DNA of 64,000 nt. Source: Candidatus Bathyarchaeia archaeon (GTDB lineage Archaea; Thermoproteota; Bathyarchaeia; Bathyarchaeales; Bathycorpusculaceae). Below, piece after piece: positions 59,010 through 64,000 of the stretch (its first letter is position 1; every line of letters starts with the position of its first letter). The stretch lies in the NCBI GenBank assembly GCA_050010755.1, contig JBEKKK010000001.1, positions 608,001-672,000 on the forward strand, given 5' to 3'. The translations under genes were made by a program, and so were the position numbers. The notes below the pieces were generated by a model. The model ran no database searches. It was not told where the DNA came from and saw only the letters and a program-made list of their open reading frames with translations.

Positions 59010-60156
59010 GACTCGAAATTTCTCGCCAAGCAGAGTCATTGCGGTCACGTGGCGTGTCTTGACCCAAATTCGCCGAGACAGACGCACAATAGCCCTGATG
59101 ATATTCATACCTGCCTTAATCATGCTCATATTCGGCTTTGTACTGGGCGGACAAACGAAAAACCTCCCCATCATGGTTGACAACCAAGACGCCGGCTACA
59201 CTGTTCATGCAGGACAAAACTCGACTAGCTTCAATTTCGGCAACGAGGTTCTGTCTTCACTTCAATCGGATGATCGAGTAAAACTAAGCCAGGGAAGCTT
59301 TGACTCAGGAAAGACCGGCGTGGACAACGGAACCTATTACGCTGCCATAGCATTTCCAGCAAACTTTTCCGAAGTATTAGCCCTAAGAAATGCTGGACAG
59401 AGCATTGACGCGCCAGTCACGGTTTACATTGATGGATCCAACCCCACGATTGAGGCTACCGTTCTGGCAGCACTGCAGAGTTCCCTGCAAAACACGTTCG
59501 GCAGCGGAGGGGTCGTTCTGAGCGAACAATTTGCTTTTGGGGGCATTCAGTTCTCAAGCTTGGACATAAGCATTCCCGCAGTGATTTCTCTGGTGCTGAC
59601 TCAAACAGTGCTCCTCGTTTCTCTCATAGTCATAGTCAGAGAAACCACGTCAGGCGTCTTATCGAGACTCTACGCCACGCCCCTTTCAGCCTTTGAAAGA
59701 TTGCTCGGATACTCAATCGCGCTTCTCCTCTTAGGACTGGCAATGACGGGCATCGTTCTTTTCATGGGACTAGGAATCTTCGGAGCAATCGTCCAAGGAA
59801 GCTTCGCTTTGCTGCTCCTCGGCGCGGTCCTTTATGCCTCGCTCAACATATTCTTAGCCGTCTTCCTCTCCAACTTTGCAAGAAACGAGCTTCAAGCAGT
59901 CCAAATGGTACCATTGATCACCCTGACCAGCATGGCTCTAAGCGGAATGCTCATCCCCGTTGACAGCTTCCCAAGCTGGGTCCAGACACTTGCCAGGTTC
60001 ATTCCCATGTACTACGCCAACAAACTGTTCGAGGGCATAATGCTAAAAGGATACGGAATAGGCAACCTTGCCCAACAGTTCACCATCCTCAGCGGAATAG
60101 CAGCATTATTCTTCGTCCTAGCCGTAATGACCGTAAAGGACAAAATGGCCGACTAA
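59002..60156 (+). CDS. ABC-2 type exporter permease
   Basis: QIRRDRRT, RETTSGVLSRLYATP, ARNELQAVQ, LSGMLIP. Confidence 0.92.
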   Translation: MSKTRNFSPSRVIAVTWRVLTQIRRDRRTIALMIFIPALIMLIFGFVLGGQTKNLPIMVDNQDAGYTVHAGQNSTSFNFGNEVLSSLQSDDRVKLSQGSFDSGKTGVDNGTYYAAIAFPANFSEVLALRNAGQSIDAPVTVYIDGSNPTIEATVLAALQSSLQNTFGSGGVVLSEQFAFGGIQFSSLDISIPAVISLVLTQTVLLVSLIVIVRETTSGVLSRLYATPLSAFERLLGYSIALLLLGLAMTGIVLFMGLGIFGAIVQGSFALLLLGAVLYASLNIFLAVFLSNFARNELQAVQMVPLITLTSMALSGMLIPVDSFPSWVQTLARFIPMYYANKLFEGIMLKGYGIGNLAQQFTILSGIAALFFVLAVMTVKDKMAD

Positions 60157-60230
60157 GAAAGAAGCTTAAAGCCCGCGCTAAACATAAAAGCGGCCAGATG
60201 TTTTGAAGTCACATAATCGGGATGAGTTAA

Positions 60231-60515
60231 ATGGCGATAAAGGTTCGAATGAGCAAATGGGAACCAGAGGCCAGAAAAGAACCAGGCGCCAGGACGGAGC
60301 CAGCGGCAAGAACCGAACCGGAAGCTAGAACGGAACCAGCGGCGAGAACGGAGCCAGCAGCAAGAACTGAACCAGCAAAAAGAACTGAACCAACAAACGA
60401 TAAAAGACAGGCTATCAAGTGCCCATCCTGTGGATATCTCCTCTTCTACGTCAAAGAAACCGAAAAACGTAGCATCAAATGCACAAAATGCGGTCACGTC
60501 TTCCAAGTAGAGTAA
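60231..60515 (+). CDS. Zn-ribbon protein with EPAART hexapeptide repeats
   Basis: About seven 18-bp repeats, then CPSCG and CTKCG. Confidence 0.75.
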   Translation: MAIKVRMSKWEPEARKEPGARTEPAARTEPEARTEPAARTEPAARTEPAKRTEPTNDKRQAIKCPSCGYLLFYVKETEKRSIKCTKCGHVFQVE

Positions 60516-60549
60516 TATTCCGTTCGTTCTTGGGTTTGGGATAAAACTT

Positions 60550-60690
<141 letters not shown>

Positions 60691-60853
60691 CAGACAGAGA
60701 ATAAAAGAATTGAAACCATTTTTGCGCGAGGTTTTTTAGTCAAAACTCGAAACGTTTTAACTATTTTCTAATAGTCACGATTTCAATTGAAGGTTCTTCC
60801 GACAATCGTATAAATTGGTTTAATCCATAGACTACGTATGGAAATGACAAAGG

Positions 60854-63094
60854 ATGAACAGAGTTGTTCTTGTTTTGGTTGCAATTCTTTTTTTGCTTTC
60901 CGTATCGTCGATAACGGGATTGATTCAAGTTGCAAAGGCTGATGGCGCAACCATTACCATCAATGCAGACGGAAGCATAAGCCCATCAACTGCCCCTATC
61001 TATACCGCAGACAATATCACATACACATTAACTCGCAACATCACCAGTAGCTCCGATGGAATTGATGTTGAAAGAGACAGCATCATTCTGGACGGAGCTG
61101 GATTCACGGTTCAAGGAGAGGGAACTGGAAACGGAATAGACCTATCCAACACTAGTAGCGTAACAATCGAAAACACAAACGTAGCAAACTTCAACTTGTA
61201 CGAGCTTGACTATGGCATCTATCTCGAAAACTCTTCAAATGCTTCAATTAATGGAAACAACATAACAAACAACTACGAGGGCATCTATCTTGACTCTTCC
61301 TCTAATGCCAGCGTGACCGGAAACAACATAACAGCAGACACGTATGGCATCGGGCTTGATTCTTCTTCAAACAACAACATCAGCGGAAACAACATAACAA
61401 ACAACGGTCAAGGCATCGGTCTCTACTCTTGTTCCAACAACAGCGTAAGCGAAAACAATATAACAAACAACTATTCTCCCACCCTGCCCGCGGAAGGCGT
61501 TTATCTTTTTTCCTCTTCAGACAACACTATTTCCCAAAACAATATAACAACAAATTATTTTGGTCTTGGTGTCCAATTTGGGGCCTCTTCAAATAATACG
61601 GTTTCTGAAAACATCATAGCAAATAACATTGTTGGCATAGTTCTCCGGTCGTCGACGCCTTTATTCAACGCACCGATCTATTATTCTTCGGACAACATCA
61701 TATACCATAACAGTTTCATAAACAACGCTATACAGGCCTCTGGAGGCTGGCGAAATGTTTGGGACAACGGCTATCCTTCAGGCGGCAACTACTGGAGTGA
61801 TTATCTGACGAAATATCCGAACGCCACTCAACTTGACAGTTCAGGCGTCTGGGATCAACCTTACGTAATCGACACAAACAATACTGACTATTACCCGCTT
61901 CTGATTCCAATTGTAGTGGTTCCGCCCGCGCACGGTGGTGGAACCGTTACCATTAATGCTGACGGAAGCATAAGCCCGTCAACTGCCCCTATCTATACCG
62001 CAGACAATATTACATACACCTTAACTGGCAACATCATCATCACCAGCGATACCAACGGAATTGTGATTGAAAGAGACAACATTGTTTTGAATGGGGCAGG
62101 CTACGCCGTGACGGGAAGCGGAAGCGGGAACGGAACAACACTAGCGAACGTAAGCAACGTGGAAGTAAGAAACATGACGATAACAAACTTCGCCACTGGC
62201 ATTTGGCTCAACTCCTCTTCTAACAACACTTTATCTGGCAACCACGTTACAAACAACGTGATTGGCATTTTTCTCTGGGAATTTTCCAACAACAACACTT
62301 TGTCTGGAAACAACGTTGTAAACGACGACTATGGCGTCTGGCTCTACTCTTCTTCTAACTGCACTTTGTCTGGCAACACCGTCACGGCAAACAACGTAGA
62401 AAGCATTTATCTCTACTCTTCTTCTGACTGCACCTTGTCCAGCAACACCGTTGCAAACAACGACTTCGGCATTTATCTCTACTCCTCTTCTAACTGCACC
62501 TTGTCTGGCAACACCGTCACGGCAAACCCATTTGTTAGCATTTATATCGACTCTTCTTTTAACTGCACTTTGTCATACAACAACGTCACAGACAACAAAT
62601 ATGGCATTTGGCTCGACTCTTCAGATAACAACACCTTGTCTGGCAACAACCTCACAGCAAACAGCTACTACGGAATTTCGCTCTACTCTTCTTCAAGCAA
62701 CACCATTTCTGGCAACAGCGTCACAGCAAACAACTATAATGGCATTAGTTTCGAATCTTCTTCTAACAACACAATCTACCATAACGACTTCATAAACAAC
62801 GCCAGCCAAGTTTCTTCTTATAACTCAACTAACTTTTGGAATAATGGGAGCGTGGGTAACTACTGGAGCGACTATCTGATGAAATATCCGAACGCTACTC
62901 AAGTTGAGAGTTCAGGCGTCTGGAACACTCCATATGTCATTGACGCAAACAACACTGACTATTATCCGCTTACAGTTCCAATCGCGATAGTTCCAGAGTT
63001 TCCATCATACCTCGTTCTTTCGTTGTTCATGGTAGCAACATTGGTGGCAGTCATAGTCTGCAAAAAGGTGCGAAAACAAGGGAAATGCTGGTAA
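60854..63094 (+). CDS. Tandem-duplicated NosD/beta-helix surface protein with PEF-CTERM sorting signal
   Basis: Two ITINADGSISPSTAPIYTADNITYTL...GNYWSDY...DYYPL modules; ends VPEFPS, TM, KKVRK. Confidence 0.9.
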   Translation: MNRVVLVLVAILFLLSVSSITGLIQVAKADGATITINADGSISPSTAPIYTADNITYTLTRNITSSSDGIDVERDSIILDGAGFTVQGEGTGNGIDLSNTSSVTIENTNVANFNLYELDYGIYLENSSNASINGNNITNNYEGIYLDSSSNASVTGNNITADTYGIGLDSSSNNNISGNNITNNGQGIGLYSCSNNSVSENNITNNYSPTLPAEGVYLFSSSDNTISQNNITTNYFGLGVQFGASSNNTVSENIIANNIVGIVLRSSTPLFNAPIYYSSDNIIYHNSFINNAIQASGGWRNVWDNGYPSGGNYWSDYLTKYPNATQLDSSGVWDQPYVIDTNNTDYYPLLIPIVVVPPAHGGGTVTINADGSISPSTAPIYTADNITYTLTGNIIITSDTNGIVIERDNIVLNGAGYAVTGSGSGNGTTLANVSNVEVRNMTITNFATGIWLNSSSNNTLSGNHVTNNVIGIFLWEFSNNNTLSGNNVVNDDYGVWLYSSSNCTLSGNTVTANNVESIYLYSSSDCTLSSNTVANNDFGIYLYSSSNCTLSGNTVTANPFVSIYIDSSFNCTLSYNNVTDNKYGIWLDSSDNNTLSGNNLTANSYYGISLYSSSSNTISGNSVTANNYNGISFESSSNNTIYHNDFINNASQVSSYNSTNFWNNGSVGNYWSDYLMKYPNATQVESSGVWNTPYVIDANNTDYYPLTVPIAIVPEFPSYLVLSLFMVATLVAVIVCKKVRKQGKCW

Positions 63095-63227
63095 CACCTA
63101 AAGGGAAGTGTGGGCCAAATGCTCGCAGGAAACTTCAGGTTTTGGGGTAAAATGGATCAACCGGGGCACGTCAGGTTTCCTCCGGGAACCAAAAATCTGT
63201 ACTAAGCAAGGCGCAGACCAATGAATG

Positions 63228-63998
63228 TCATGTTAATTGATTCTTCTCTAAATCTTTCAGGTCTGGAAGTCCTACTCTAGCTCCCATTCTTGTTATGCAT
63301 CTCGATGCGATAAAATTCCCAATCTTTCCACATTCCTCAAGATCCTTATGTCTGATCAATCCGTAGAGGAACCCTGCACAAAAAGCGTCCCCGGCACCGG
63401 TCGTGCTAACTACATTCACTTTGAAACCTTCTACGTTATGGCTCCGTCTCCCATCAGTAACGTAGCATCCTCTGCTGCCCAACTTGACCGCAACAATCTT
63501 CACACCTCTCTTGAGCATGGTTTCGGCTCCCTTTCTATAGTCAGCCATGCCTGTCAGAAGTTCAAGTTCGCCTGCGTTCGGCATCAAAACATAACTCCTC
63601 TCAACAATCGATCTCAATGCAGCCAGTCCTTTCCTCGCGTACAATGCGCCAGGATCAAAGCTTACCAGAACGTCCCCAAGATTCTCAAGAATTCTCTTCT
63701 GTGTCTGAAACGATTTTTCTCCCACGAAGGATGTTAGATGGAGAAATTTGGTTTCAGAAACATATCTCTTGATTTTCTCATTAAATTCCACCTGGTTGTT
63801 TACGCCCGGGTCAACGTACAGCGCTCGATCGCCGTTTTCGTCCACGAAGCCCATGACTGTGCCGCTTCTGCCCCTCTTTGCACCGGCTATGCCTTTTGTG
63901 TCGACTCCCTCTCGCCGGAATTCTTCGAGCAGCATCGTTCCTTCTCTATCGTCGGCGACTTTTCCTATGAAGCCGACTTTGCATCCGAGTCTCGCTAG
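63228..63998 (-). CDS. PfkB-family carbohydrate/nucleoside kinase (5'-truncated by window)
   Basis: LARLGCKVGFIGKV, FDPG, PNAGE, VKLGSRG, TTGAGDAF. Confidence 0.93.
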   Translation of the reverse strand, partial: LARLGCKVGFIGKVADDREGTMLLEEFRREGVDTKGIAGAKRGRSGTVMGFVDENGDRALYVDPGVNNQVEFNEKIKRYVSETKFLHLTSFVGEKSFQTQKRILENLGDVLVSFDPGALYARKGLAALRSIVERSYVLMPNAGELELLTGMADYRKGAETMLKRGVKIVAVKLGSRGCYVTDGRRSHNVEGFKVNVVSTTGAGDAFCAGFLYGLIRHKDLEECGKIGNFIASRCITRMGARVGLPDLKDLEKNQLT

Positions 63999-64000
63999 GC

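Overview
Archaeal chromosomal window. Assignment to Bathyarchaeia is an inference from purS-purL-purQ, an AsnRS-like asparagine synthetase, and NosD/PEF-CTERM and cohesin/dockerin surface proteins. Region 1-28 kb is a catabolic island: a 2-oxoacid:ferredoxin oxidoreductase with fused alpha-beta subunits, DRE-TIM synthase, 2-hydroxyacid dehydrogenase, ADP-forming acyl-CoA ligase alpha, OYE, two-subunit aconitase X, isomerase, epimerase, aldolase, ADH and a Liv-type ABC importer. Region 29-34 kb holds tRNA-Gly, a NosD protein and three HTH genes, bracketed by two inverted clusters of an unusual non-coding repeat with a 187-188-bp period. Region 34-45 kb holds asnA and purM/purSLQ interrupted by inserted cassettes and a purL/purM fragment mosaic. 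Region 45-58 kb is an accessory island. It contains a stand-alone Cas1 with intact catalytic motifs but no CRISPR array, cas2 or PolB, next to an HTH, an MCM-like AAA+ ATPase and a primase-like gene: a candidate new Cas1-mobilised element. It also contains two HEPN-like proteins and a lectin-dockerin protein. Two dispersed DNA motifs mark many junctions: (CG)4-5 runs and GGGTAAAGTTTTATCC flanked by low-complexity tracts. All calls are by motif recognition from the sequence; no database searches were run.
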